Below are positions 17,691 to 26,712 of a stretch of 64,000 nucleotides of DNA, in pieces; position 1 is the first letter of the stretch; every line of letters starts with the position of its first letter. The stretch comes from Spirochaetales bacterium (lineage in GTDB: Bacteria > Spirochaetota > Spirochaetia > DSM-27196 > SLST01). Made by a program: the position numbers and the translations under genes. The notes beneath the pieces are model-generated. The model was not told the origin of the DNA and ran no database searches. It was given only the letters and a program-made list of their open reading frames with translations. Where the stretch lies: assembly GCA_046538735.1 (NCBI GenBank), contig JBKHII010000004.1, forward strand, positions 34,393-98,392. Reading direction: 5' to 3'.

Positions 17691-18986
17691 ATGAGTGACG
17701 CTCGATCGGACCGGTACGCCCGGCTTCGCCGCAGACGCCATGCGCGGCGAGCACGACGTCGGTCTACTGCCTCCAAAGCCCTGCATCGGATTCTCAGGAT
17801 GACGCTCGCACCGATCATCATTCGGTTGTTCAACGTGCGCGGAGAGAACCTTGAGCTGATTCGGCGATTGCGGCCGCCGTACGTCGTGCTGCCGAATCAC
17901 GCGTCGGTGTGGGATCCGTTCTTCGTGAACATCTTCGTCCCGGGCATGATCCACTACGTGGTCTCGGACGCGAACTTCAGGTCCAAGGCCGTCGAGTTCC
18001 TCCTGGGCCTGGTGGGCTCCATCCCGAAAACCAAGGTCATGTCGGACATCGATACGGTGAAGAGCATCATGCGCATCCGGGACGCGCGAGGCATCGTGGG
18101 GATCTTCCCGGAAGGTCAGAACACGTGGGACGGCCACAGCCTTCCGATCTACTACTCCACGGCGAAGCTCGTGAAGGTGCTCCGGGTTCCGGTCGTGACC
18201 GTGCATATCTCGGGGTCGTTTCTCTCGAAAGCGCGCTGGGCGAAGCGAAGGCGTCGCGGGAAGGTGATCGTTCGGTTCGATCTGGCGCTCTCACCCGAAC
18301 AGCTTCGGAAGGCGAGCGTATCCGAGGTGGACGCGAGGATCGCCGAGATGCTCGAGCACGACGAGTACGAGTTCAACCGGATCGAGCAACAGAAGTACTA
18401 CGGAACCGATCGCGCCGAATACGCCGAGATCGCGCTTTTCGCATGTCCACAGTGCGCTGCGCTGAGTACGCTGCGATCTCACGGAAACATCCTCGAGTGC
18501 ACCGGCTGCGGCTACGCCGTCCGCTACAACCTGCACGGCTTCTTCCGACCCGTCCGCGGGTCCGTCCGCGGGTCCGTCTCGGGTTCGGTGCGATTCGACA
18601 CCGTGCGGGCCTGGAATCTCTGGCAGATGGACGAGCTTCGCCGAAGGTTGCACGCCTTCACCCACGCAGCCGAGCCGGAACCGCTCTTCGTGGAACCGGA
18701 GGTCACCGTGGAGATCGGCTACAAGTCGACGCCGCTCGAACCGTTGGGCACGGGAAGCCTGGAGCTGCTGCCGGACCGTATCCTCTTGCGGACGCCCGAG
18801 ACGGTGGAATCGTTCCCGATCGCCGAGATCGAGGGGAGCAACGTGCAGAACGGCGAGCGGCTCGAATTCTACTTCCGAGACAGCCTCTACCGCGTGACGA
18901 TCCTCGACCCGCGCGGCTGCACCTACAAGTGGGACCTTGCCGTCCGCATGATGAGAGAGCTTGCGGCCTCGACCGCGGCGGTGTAG
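17691..18986 (+). CDS. PlsC-type lysophospholipid acyltransferase with C-terminal zinc-ribbon extension
   Basis: NHASVWD (HX4D), IFPEG; CPQC...CTGC in the C-terminal half. Confidence 0.85.
   Translation: MSDARSDRYARLRRRRHARRARRRSTASKALHRILRMTLAPIIIRLFNVRGENLELIRRLRPPYVVLPNHASVWDPFFVNIFVPGMIHYVVSDANFRSKAVEFLLGLVGSIPKTKVMSDIDTVKSIMRIRDARGIVGIFPEGQNTWDGHSLPIYYSTAKLVKVLRVPVVTVHISGSFLSKARWAKRRRRGKVIVRFDLALSPEQLRKASVSEVDARIAEMLEHDEYEFNRIEQQKYYGTDRAEYAEIALFACPQCAALSTLRSHGNILECTGCGYAVRYNLHGFFRPVRGSVRGSVSGSVRFDTVRAWNLWQMDELRRRLHAFTHAAEPEPLFVEPEVTVEIGYKSTPLEPLGTGSLELLPDRILLRTPETVESFPIAEIEGSNVQNGERLEFYFRDSLYRVTILDPRGCTYKWDLAVRMMRELAASTAAV
18550..18585 (+). repeat. 12-bp in-frame tandem repeat (about 3 units; VRGSVRGSVSGS)
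   Basis: ccgtccgcgggt ccgtccgcgggt ccgtctcgggtt. Confidence 0.75.
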
Positions 18987-19095
18987 AAGTATGAGCTATT
19001 AGAGCTCATTGGCTCGCCGATGTAAAGAAAATCCAACGCACCCCGACAACTCTGGCCGACAATAGAGTCGGGGGAATGTCATTCGACGGGGACAT

Positions 19096-20352
19096 ATGGC
19101 TACCAAGCTGGACAAACTCAAGAACGTCATCGGCGCTGACTCGGTGCTCAACAAGATCCAGGACCTCGACATCCTGCTCGAGACGATCCTGTCCGAAGCT
19201 CGGCACGTACTGCGAGCCGACGCCGGCACGATATACATCAAGAAAGGCGACGAGCTGGCGGCGACGTATGCCCAGAACGACACGAAGGCTGCCGAGCTCA
19301 AGCCGGGCGAGAAGCTCATCTACAACGTCTTCCGCATTCCGATCGGCACCGGGACCCAGTCGGGCTACGCCGCCGCTACGGGCGACATCATCAACGTGCG
19401 CAACGTCTACGAAATACCGGACGATGCACCGTACGGATTCGATCCAAGCTACGACCGGGCGTCCGGGTACCGTACGGTATCGGCGCTTTCCATTCCGCTG
19501 AAGACGAACATGGGTGACATCCTCGGCGTGCTCCAGTTGCTCAACAAGCAGGACACGCGGGGTCGCACGATTGCGTTCAGCAAGGACGACGAGCTCGTCG
19601 CGGGCCACTTCGCTACGAACGCGACGATGGCGCTCCAGCGCGCGCAGATGACCCGCGCCATCCTGCTCAGGATGACGAAGATGGCCGAGCTCCGCGATCC
19701 CAAAGAGACCGGTACGCACGTCAACCGGGTGGCAGGGTACGCGCTGGAGATCTACGAACGCTGGGCGAACCGAAGTGGGATTCCGGCGCATGAGGTCGAG
19801 CGAACCCGAGACAGCCTCCGCATGGCCGCGATGCTCCACGACGTGGGCAAAGTCGCGATCAGCGACACGATCCTGAAGAAACCCGGCCGCTTGACGGAGT
19901 CCGAGCGCGAGATCATGCAGACGCACACGTGGCAGGGCGCGCGCCTGTTCACCGACCGACAGAGCGAGTTCGACGAGATCGCTCAGCAGGTCGCGCTCAA
20001 TCACCACGAGAATTGGGATGGAACGGGATATCCTGGTCACGTGGATGTCATGACCGGAGAACCGACTCGGAAAGACACACGCGGCAGACCGCTCGGCAGA
20101 AAGGGCAGGGAGATCCACGTCTTCGGAAGAATCGTGGCGATCGCGGACGTCTACGACGCGCTTCGCAGCAACCGCGTCTACAAGCGGGCATGGACGGAGG
20201 AAGACAGCCTGCGGGAGATCAGGAGCCTCTCCGGCACGAGATTCGATCCTGAGCTCGTGGAGGACTTCTTCGCGGCGCTCCCGAGCATCAACACGGTCTC
20301 GAGCCGGTTCGCCGAGGCCCCTGCCGAGCTCTCCACGGATTCGGAGCAGTAG
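19096..20352 (+). CDS. GAF domain plus HD-GYP phosphodiesterase (c-di-GMP type)
   Basis: GAF (FDPSYDRASGYRTVSALSIPL...VLQLLNK); ETGTHVNRV, LHDVGK, HHENWDGTGYP, ADVYDAL. Confidence 0.92.
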   Translation: MATKLDKLKNVIGADSVLNKIQDLDILLETILSEARHVLRADAGTIYIKKGDELAATYAQNDTKAAELKPGEKLIYNVFRIPIGTGTQSGYAAATGDIINVRNVYEIPDDAPYGFDPSYDRASGYRTVSALSIPLKTNMGDILGVLQLLNKQDTRGRTIAFSKDDELVAGHFATNATMALQRAQMTRAILLRMTKMAELRDPKETGTHVNRVAGYALEIYERWANRSGIPAHEVERTRDSLRMAAMLHDVGKVAISDTILKKPGRLTESEREIMQTHTWQGARLFTDRQSEFDEIAQQVALNHHENWDGTGYPGHVDVMTGEPTRKDTRGRPLGRKGREIHVFGRIVAIADVYDALRSNRVYKRAWTEEDSLREIRSLSGTRFDPELVEDFFAALPSINTVSSRFAEAPAELSTDSEQ

Positions 20353-21174
20353 ATGGGCTCACGCGCCGTTCGAGCACCACGCACGATCGTGATCGCACTC
20401 CTGGCGCTCGCTTCCGCGGGGTGCTCAGGACTGCTCGACAGCGAGCTCTATCTCCTGGAGAGCGCCCGCGAGGCGTACTTCATCTACCGTTTCCAAGGCT
20501 GGGACGATCAGCGGTGGCGATACGGCGCGGAGTACGACTACGCGCCCGATTTCGACATCCGCGGCGGACGATTCATCGCGAACGACTTGCGCCAGTTCGT
20601 CGCCACCAGGGACGAGGTGCCCGGCGATCTCGAGATCTGGTTGGATTGGGAAGTATGGCACCCGCTCGCGACGCAACCCGCGGACCGGCGGGACAACGGA
20701 GACGTCTTCGACTTTCGGATCGCGCTCCACACCGACGGCGATCCGGGTGAGGGAGTGAACGGACCCGCGGTTGACCTCAAGCTGTTCGACTCCTCCGCCG
20801 CCCCGGCGGTGGATCGGTTGGTCGTCGGCGAGGACGCGGCGTCGCTGGACGAGCGGAACCTCGCCTCGGCGACGACCGTCTCGACCGAAAGTGTGCTGCT
20901 CCCACGGGCCGGCTCATTGCGCGTGGTGTTCTCGCGCTCCTCCGAGCCGCCCACGGTGAGCGCGGAGGTGTTCGTAGGATCCGCGGACAACGGGACCGTC
21001 ACGCTCACCGGGGATGCCGTGCTGGAGGTCACCAGGGAGTTCTCCGAGCCGTGGGCCGAAGAGGCGCATTTCGTGGTGGAGACGTCCGGGCTCCTCAGCA
21101 CCTCGATCCCCGATCTGGAGTCGCCGCGTGTGCTCGACCGGCTCTATGCTTTCCGACCGGAGGTGCGGCGATGA
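20353..21174 (+). CDS. Hypothetical lipoprotein
   Basis: Lipobox LASAG-C; beta-rich acidic body; starts immediately after the HD-GYP stop. Confidence 0.7.
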   Translation: MGSRAVRAPRTIVIALLALASAGCSGLLDSELYLLESAREAYFIYRFQGWDDQRWRYGAEYDYAPDFDIRGGRFIANDLRQFVATRDEVPGDLEIWLDWEVWHPLATQPADRRDNGDVFDFRIALHTDGDPGEGVNGPAVDLKLFDSSAAPAVDRLVVGEDAASLDERNLASATTVSTESVLLPRAGSLRVVFSRSSEPPTVSAEVFVGSADNGTVTLTGDAVLEVTREFSEPWAEEAHFVVETSGLLSTSIPDLESPRVLDRLYAFRPEVRR

Positions 21175-23039
21175 CAACAACCCATTCCGCACGGCCCTGC
21201 AGCGCGCTGAGCGTGGGACTCGCGCTCGCGCTCGCTACGCTCTCCGGTTGCGACCTGGACTTCGGCTCACGGCGGACGCCGCAGGCGAGACTCGATCCTC
21301 CTCCGGGAACGTACGATCACCACCTCTACGTGCAACCGGCCGGGGATTGGGACGACACCTACTACTGGTCGCGCGACCCGCAGGCAACGTTCAACGAGTT
21401 CGAGCGCTTCCACGGCACCGATGTTTCTCGGAGCACGTCGTTCCGGTACTTCGTGGTGGGCCCGGACGGCGCGCGAAGCCCGATCCTGAACGCGGAGTAC
21501 GCGATAGACGACGGTACAGCGCCCTCGATCTCCGACCCGACCGTTCGGACGGTCGACATGAGCTACTACTCCTACTGGATCGCGTGGAACGCACGTCCGG
21601 AGCCGGGATCCGACACCTTCGGAACCGAGGTTCCGCAGAACCCGACCGACGATGTGACGGGTGGCTGGGACCTCGAGTATGCGGTCTTCTCGTCCGAAAC
21701 GGACAACATCGGGACTTCGAGCGACGCGGTCGCGAACGGTACGATGGAGCTCGCGTGGCTGCCCTACCATGAGCTTGAGGAGTTGTCGTCGTGGGGCGGA
21801 GCGGACGCGGGAGTGCGCGTGGACCGCGACCTCGGAACGATCGCGTTCCGTCACCGTGCCGGCGGCCCGGGCGAACGGCGGTACTTCCACGTCCTCGTAC
21901 GGGACCTGGAGGGGAATATCGCGGGGTATGGGGCCGTGGCGACCGCGACTCCCCTCGCGCTGGATATCTATACGGGGGTGCCCGGATCAGGCTACGACGA
22001 AATCTCTCTGAATCCGGCAGATGGTTTTCAGGGCGCCGGCTCCGCCTTCGTCCACTTCCAAGCTGCCCACCACCTCGCGAACACACGAGCCGTCGCGCTT
22101 GGTCGGATCAACGACGATGCGTACGATGATCTTGCGATCATCTACGAGAGCAGCGACACGGTCGCGGTGAACTGGTTCTTCGCGGACGGCAAGGGAACGC
22201 TGGCGGGAACGCCGGCCAATGCGACAGATCTGTCGCAGGAAGGCTTCTTTGCAGTCCCGCGATCCATTGCCGTGATGGACATGACCGGCGACGGTCGTTC
22301 GGAGATCGTGTCCAACACCGAGTCCGGCTACCTCAGGGTCCATGACCGCGACGGAAACGAGATCTCCGCGCTGGGCATTACGTCCGTTGGCGATATCCAC
22401 GCGTTCGTGCTCGGCGACGTGAACGGGGACGGATACCCGGACGTCGCCACGCGGGGACCGTCCTCCGGCGCCACGACGATTCGCGTGTTCGTGAGCTCCG
22501 GGGGCGAGTCGCTCGCCCAGACCGAAACGCTCTCGCTCTCGGGCGTGACCGACATCGACCTCGCGGATCTCAACAACGACGGCCGCGACGATCTCATCGT
22601 TGCGGGGAGATCTCGGGACCCGTCCGTGGAGATCTACACGGCAAATTCGGACGGGACTCTGACGGCGTGGCCCGTGAGCTTCGAGTCAACCGTCGATCTC
22701 ACCCACAATGTCTGTCCGGCGGACTTCGATCGGGACGGCGACGTGGATCTCTTCCTCGGCCGGAGCGATCCCGGCGGCACGCTCGGTTCGGCGATCGTCT
22801 GGAACAATGGAGACGGCACGTTCTCGGCCGGCCCCGAGATGGCCCCGCTCGGGAGCGGGTCGCTCTCGTCCACGGCCGCCGATCTCTCGGGTGACGGCCA
22901 CCCGGACGTGATCGAGACGCTCGATTCCGTACCTCCCCGGATCCTCGTATTCGTACCTGAGACGGGTGACATCCAGGAAGCCGGATCGTTCGGGTCGAGG
23001 TCCGGCGATGTGCTGATCGCGGTCGGGAGGCTCAGGTGA
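21171..23039 (+). CDS. Lipoprotein with Fn3-like N-region and FG-GAP/VCBS repeats
   Basis: Lipobox TLSG-C; GDVNGDGYPDV, ADLNNDGRDDL, ADFDRDGDVDL, ADLSGDGHPDV repeats. Confidence 0.85.
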   Translation: MTTTHSARPCSALSVGLALALATLSGCDLDFGSRRTPQARLDPPPGTYDHHLYVQPAGDWDDTYYWSRDPQATFNEFERFHGTDVSRSTSFRYFVVGPDGARSPILNAEYAIDDGTAPSISDPTVRTVDMSYYSYWIAWNARPEPGSDTFGTEVPQNPTDDVTGGWDLEYAVFSSETDNIGTSSDAVANGTMELAWLPYHELEELSSWGGADAGVRVDRDLGTIAFRHRAGGPGERRYFHVLVRDLEGNIAGYGAVATATPLALDIYTGVPGSGYDEISLNPADGFQGAGSAFVHFQAAHHLANTRAVALGRINDDAYDDLAIIYESSDTVAVNWFFADGKGTLAGTPANATDLSQEGFFAVPRSIAVMDMTGDGRSEIVSNTESGYLRVHDRDGNEISALGITSVGDIHAFVLGDVNGDGYPDVATRGPSSGATTIRVFVSSGGESLAQTETLSLSGVTDIDLADLNNDGRDDLIVAGRSRDPSVEIYTANSDGTLTAWPVSFESTVDLTHNVCPADFDRDGDVDLFLGRSDPGGTLGSAIVWNNGDGTFSAGPEMAPLGSGSLSSTAADLSGDGHPDVIETLDSVPPRILVFVPETGDIQEAGSFGSRSGDVLIAVGRLR

Positions 23040-23752
23040 TCCGGATGATCCGCGTCGCAGCGCTGTGCATGCTTCCGCTCCTCGCCCTCTCCGGCTGCCT
23101 TCTCCAGTTCTCAACGCCGAGGATCGAGCTGTTCGCCGAACCGGCGTACAACGACCCGGAGATCCTCATCCCGTACGAGCTCTGGGGCGACGGGCCGGAT
23201 GCGCACGCGCGGTGGACGCTCGAGGTGTACACCGGTAGCGCGTGGGAGCTTCTCGAATCGCGCGAGGTCCGAGTACCGAGCGGGAGCGCGGGTGTGCTGA
23301 GCCTGGGACACCTCGGCGAGGCACAGTACCGGCTGACCTTCGAGATGCTGACCGTCCGAAACGGGTCGTACGAGGCGGCGTCGTACCTGACGATCGTGCG
23401 GCGCTTCTACGTGGACAAGACGGCCCCGACGGTCGGCGACATCGTGGTAGCCGAAGGCGGTGGTGCCGCGTCGAGCGACGAGACGCAGGAGGCCTGGATC
23501 ACGCTCGAGAACACCTCGCCGCCGAACGCGGACTACGAATCGCCGGAGTATTTCATTGCGGTCGTCGACGACGTCCGCCCTCCCACGCTGGACGAAAGAG
23601 TAGAGCACGACCCGGGCCGCATGGCGCCGACCGTCTGGCTGTGGCCGGCGAGCCCGCCGGGCACGACCTACTCGTTCCCCGTATCGATTGCCCTCGTTGA
23701 CGAGGCCGGAAATCGAAGCGACGTCACAACGCGATACTACGGAGCGCCGTAG
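23036..23752 (+). CDS. Hypothetical lipoprotein (Ig-like folds)
   Basis: Lipobox ALSG-C; VDKTAPT and VDEAGNRS Ig-like motifs. Confidence 0.72.
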   Translation: MIRMIRVAALCMLPLLALSGCLLQFSTPRIELFAEPAYNDPEILIPYELWGDGPDAHARWTLEVYTGSAWELLESREVRVPSGSAGVLSLGHLGEAQYRLTFEMLTVRNGSYEAASYLTIVRRFYVDKTAPTVGDIVVAEGGGAASSDETQEAWITLENTSPPNADYESPEYFIAVVDDVRPPTLDERVEHDPGRMAPTVWLWPASPPGTTYSFPVSIALVDEAGNRSDVTTRYYGAP

Positions 23753-23754
23753 CC

Positions 23755-24816
23755 ATGAAGAGAGCCCTCGTGTGCATCTTGTGCATCTTCGCCCCACTCG
23801 CCACGACGCCGGCGCAGACCGCGCTCTTCGTGAGCTCCGCGCCGATCGAGGCGGAAGTAACCGTGAACGGGACCGCGCGAGGCGCGACACCGCTGCTGCT
23901 CCGCGATCTCGAGCCGGGGACCTACGAAGTGACCGTGGTCAAACCGGGACACGTCCCTGCGACCGAGCGCGTTGAGCTCGGCGAGAACGAAACACGCGCG
24001 GTAGAGCTCCGTCCCGAGCCGAGCGCGTTCGTTGGGGCGTTCTCGGCGGACGAGACGATCGTGGGCGAGCGAAGCTACTCGCGACAGCAGGCGGTCCTCG
24101 AGCTGCCGGCGGGCACGTACGAGCTCTCGTCCCGCGGACGAACGCTGAGCCTGCAGCCGGTCTACCCGAACGAGGGGGCACTCTCCGCCGCAAGAATCGT
24201 GACGATCGCGGGAGGCGCCGCCGCCGCGCTCGCGACGATCGAGGACGTCCTGGTGACGGACGCCCGATCGTACTTCACGAGCTACATGCCGTCGCCCGGA
24301 ACCATCGCCGTCTGGGGAATCACAGTAGCTGCCGGCGGCTTCTGGATCGCGCTCGAGGCGGAAAAGGCCGACTATGTGGCGCGCATGGAGATTCGCGCGT
24401 ACGAGGGCGACCTGACGGCGGCGGAGGCCGAACGCGTCTACCGCAGCGCGGACGAGTTCCTTGAGGCCGGCAACCTCTCGCGGGCGCTGGACGACTACAC
24501 GACCATCGTCGCGAACGGCGGAGACAGCGAGTACGTACCGGACGCGCTCTACAAGGCCGCCGAGATCTACAGCGTCTCGGGCGATCTCGTGCTCTCCTCC
24601 CAACTGCTCGAGCTTCTCATTTCCGACTATCCCGCGCCGGATGTCTACGATCGCGCGCTCAAGTCGCTCTCGGACGCCTACGTGGCACGCGGCCGGTACG
24701 ACGACGCGATCGCGCGGCTCGAGATGATGCTCTTCTACGATCCGACCTACTCGCGGGACGACATTGCCGACGAAATCGGCGAGATAGAGGAACTGAGAGA
24801 GGGGGATCGACGATGA
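23755..24816 (+). CDS. PEGA domain plus C-terminal TPR protein
   Basis: Signal peptide; VSSAPIEAEVTVNG...GATPL...LEPGTYEVTVVKPGH (PEGA); YVPDALYKAAEIY TPRs. Confidence 0.85.
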   Translation: MKRALVCILCIFAPLATTPAQTALFVSSAPIEAEVTVNGTARGATPLLLRDLEPGTYEVTVVKPGHVPATERVELGENETRAVELRPEPSAFVGAFSADETIVGERSYSRQQAVLELPAGTYELSSRGRTLSLQPVYPNEGALSAARIVTIAGGAAAALATIEDVLVTDARSYFTSYMPSPGTIAVWGITVAAGGFWIALEAEKADYVARMEIRAYEGDLTAAEAERVYRSADEFLEAGNLSRALDDYTTIVANGGDSEYVPDALYKAAEIYSVSGDLVLSSQLLELLISDYPAPDVYDRALKSLSDAYVARGRYDDAIARLEMMLFYDPTYSRDDIADEIGEIEELREGDRR

Positions 24817-25913
24817 CTCGCGCCGCGCTCCCGCTCCTCGTCCTCTCGCTCCTGGTTGCCGCCGCGGCACCGGTCGCAGCGCAGGAGTCGCTGCTTCCCA
24901 TGCCACCCGAGGAGATCGAGACGATCATCGAGCTCCTGGACGCCGTGGAAGCCGCCGAGACGGTCGTCCTCGCAAACGGCGAGCTGACGGATACGCACCG
25001 CGCCGAGCTCGAAGAGCTCACGACCGTGGCCGAGCGCATCGGCGCACCGGACGTCGCCGCGCGCGCCCGAACCCTCCTCGTTCTCTCGAGACCACCACGC
25101 GACCCGATCGCGCCCCAACCGAGCGTCGACGTGCCGCTCGGTCCTGCGGTCGACCGCGCCTTCGCGCGGGGCGACGACGCCTTCACGACGCTCACCACCG
25201 CCTTTGCGGTCGCGGGCGGTACGGCACTCGCCTTGTCCGGCGTCTTCTACGCGCTGGCAGAACGCGACTACCGGAGGTGGCAGACCGCCGTTGATCCTGA
25301 CCATGCCGACGAGCTCTACCAGGCGTGGCGCGGGTACGAGCTCCTCAGCTTGGGGATGGGCGGCGCCGCGGTCGTGAGCGCCGGGGTGGGACTCCCGGTT
25401 CTCTACGCGCTCGCGGAGACGCCGGCGTCGCTCGTCACGGCGCCGTCCACCGCGGTCTACACCGAGCAGGAGCGTCAAACGAGACTCGCCGCGCTCTACG
25501 CCGAACGGGCGCGGATCGTCGCGTCCCTGAACGGACTTCCCGAAGGACCGTCCGCTGCAGAGCTGATATCGACGGTTGCACTCACGACGGGAATCGCGGG
25601 CGCGATAACCTCGGTGACGATGTTCTACCTCGCGGAGGAAACGTATCAGGAATACCTTGAGGCACCGTTCTCGGAGGACGCGGAGGCACTCGGACGCCGA
25701 GTCGAGCTCTTCGACTTCATCGCGATCGTGAGCGGCGGGCTCGCGGCCGGCGGCTTCGGCACGAGTGCGGGGGTTGCGCTCTTCACTCCCGACCGAGAGA
25801 CGCTCGAGGCACAGCTGCGCCGGACGAACGAGGCGATCATCGATCTGCGTATGGCGGAGACGATGACCGTGCCGGAGACTGCGTCGGGCGAGCCTGATGA
25901 GGAGGGATCGTGA
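24813..25913 (+). CDS. Exported or membrane hypothetical protein with duplicated Gly/Ala-rich hydrophobic hairpin
   Basis: Signal peptide; two similar units FYALAERDYRRW..A / FYLAEETYQEY..A flanked by hydrophobic helices. Confidence 0.72.
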   Translation: MTRAALPLLVLSLLVAAAAPVAAQESLLPMPPEEIETIIELLDAVEAAETVVLANGELTDTHRAELEELTTVAERIGAPDVAARARTLLVLSRPPRDPIAPQPSVDVPLGPAVDRAFARGDDAFTTLTTAFAVAGGTALALSGVFYALAERDYRRWQTAVDPDHADELYQAWRGYELLSLGMGGAAVVSAGVGLPVLYALAETPASLVTAPSTAVYTEQERQTRLAALYAERARIVASLNGLPEGPSAAELISTVALTTGIAGAITSVTMFYLAEETYQEYLEAPFSEDAEALGRRVELFDFIAIVSGGLAAGGFGTSAGVALFTPDRETLEAQLRRTNEAIIDLRMAETMTVPETASGEPDEEGS

Positions 25914-26692
25914 TGCGGCGGCTGGTCGCGACAGTCATAGCACTCGGTCTCGCAGTATTGACGGCCGGGGCGTTGCTCGGCTGCCACGCGCTGACGAACC
26001 CGGTGGACCCGCGTTCCAGGTCCTTCACGGGCGAGACGGTCGGCGAGGATCAAGAAGAGGCTCCCCGCGTCCTCCCGGAGATCGTGCGGTGGGAGATCGT
26101 CTTCGAGCACGGTCCCGGCAGATTCCTCGGACTGGAGATCACACCGGACGGGAGCTTCGTGGAACCGCGGGATACGTACATCTATTCAGAGACCAGGGGC
26201 GTACCATTCGCTCTGGTGATGACGTTTGCCGAACCGGTCTTCTGGCGCGACCTGGAGGGCGGCGTCTATCTCTTCGGCTATCGCAACGAATGGGAGATCA
26301 GCGTTCGCGAGATTGGCGATCGTTGCCAGGTGCGACCGGAGACATCCCAGGTGGTGTGCACGTTCGAGGCGCATTCGGATGAGATGCTCCAAAGAGCACG
26401 GGCGCGGGTGGTGATCGTTGACCGAAACGGTCGGACAGCCGGGGCGATCAACTTCAGTTTCCTGCAGGGCGACGTCACGGGCGACGGCGTGATCAACACG
26501 AGCGAAGAGCAGGCGGCGATGTCGAGCGTCACGGCGATGCCGCCGAACCGGGAGAGACCGGCGACGATTCGTGCCGACCTGAACACGAACGGGCTCGTGG
26601 AGGGCGGCACTCCTGCCAGTCCTACTGACACGTTCCTCATCGGCGGTTTCAGCCCAAGCAACCTCGAAGGCCTCGACTTCCCCGACTTCTAG
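25910..26692 (+). CDS. Lipoprotein with C-terminal dockerin-like Ca-binding pair
   Basis: Lipobox ALLG-C followed by TNPVDP; GDVTGDGVIN...RADLNTNGLV. Confidence 0.7.
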   Translation: MMRRLVATVIALGLAVLTAGALLGCHALTNPVDPRSRSFTGETVGEDQEEAPRVLPEIVRWEIVFEHGPGRFLGLEITPDGSFVEPRDTYIYSETRGVPFALVMTFAEPVFWRDLEGGVYLFGYRNEWEISVREIGDRCQVRPETSQVVCTFEAHSDEMLQRARARVVIVDRNGRTAGAINFSFLQGDVTGDGVINTSEEQAAMSSVTAMPPNRERPATIRADLNTNGLVEGGTPASPTDTFLIGGFSPSNLEGLDFPDF

Positions 26693-26712
26693 CCCGGGGT
26701 CCATCGTCGACC

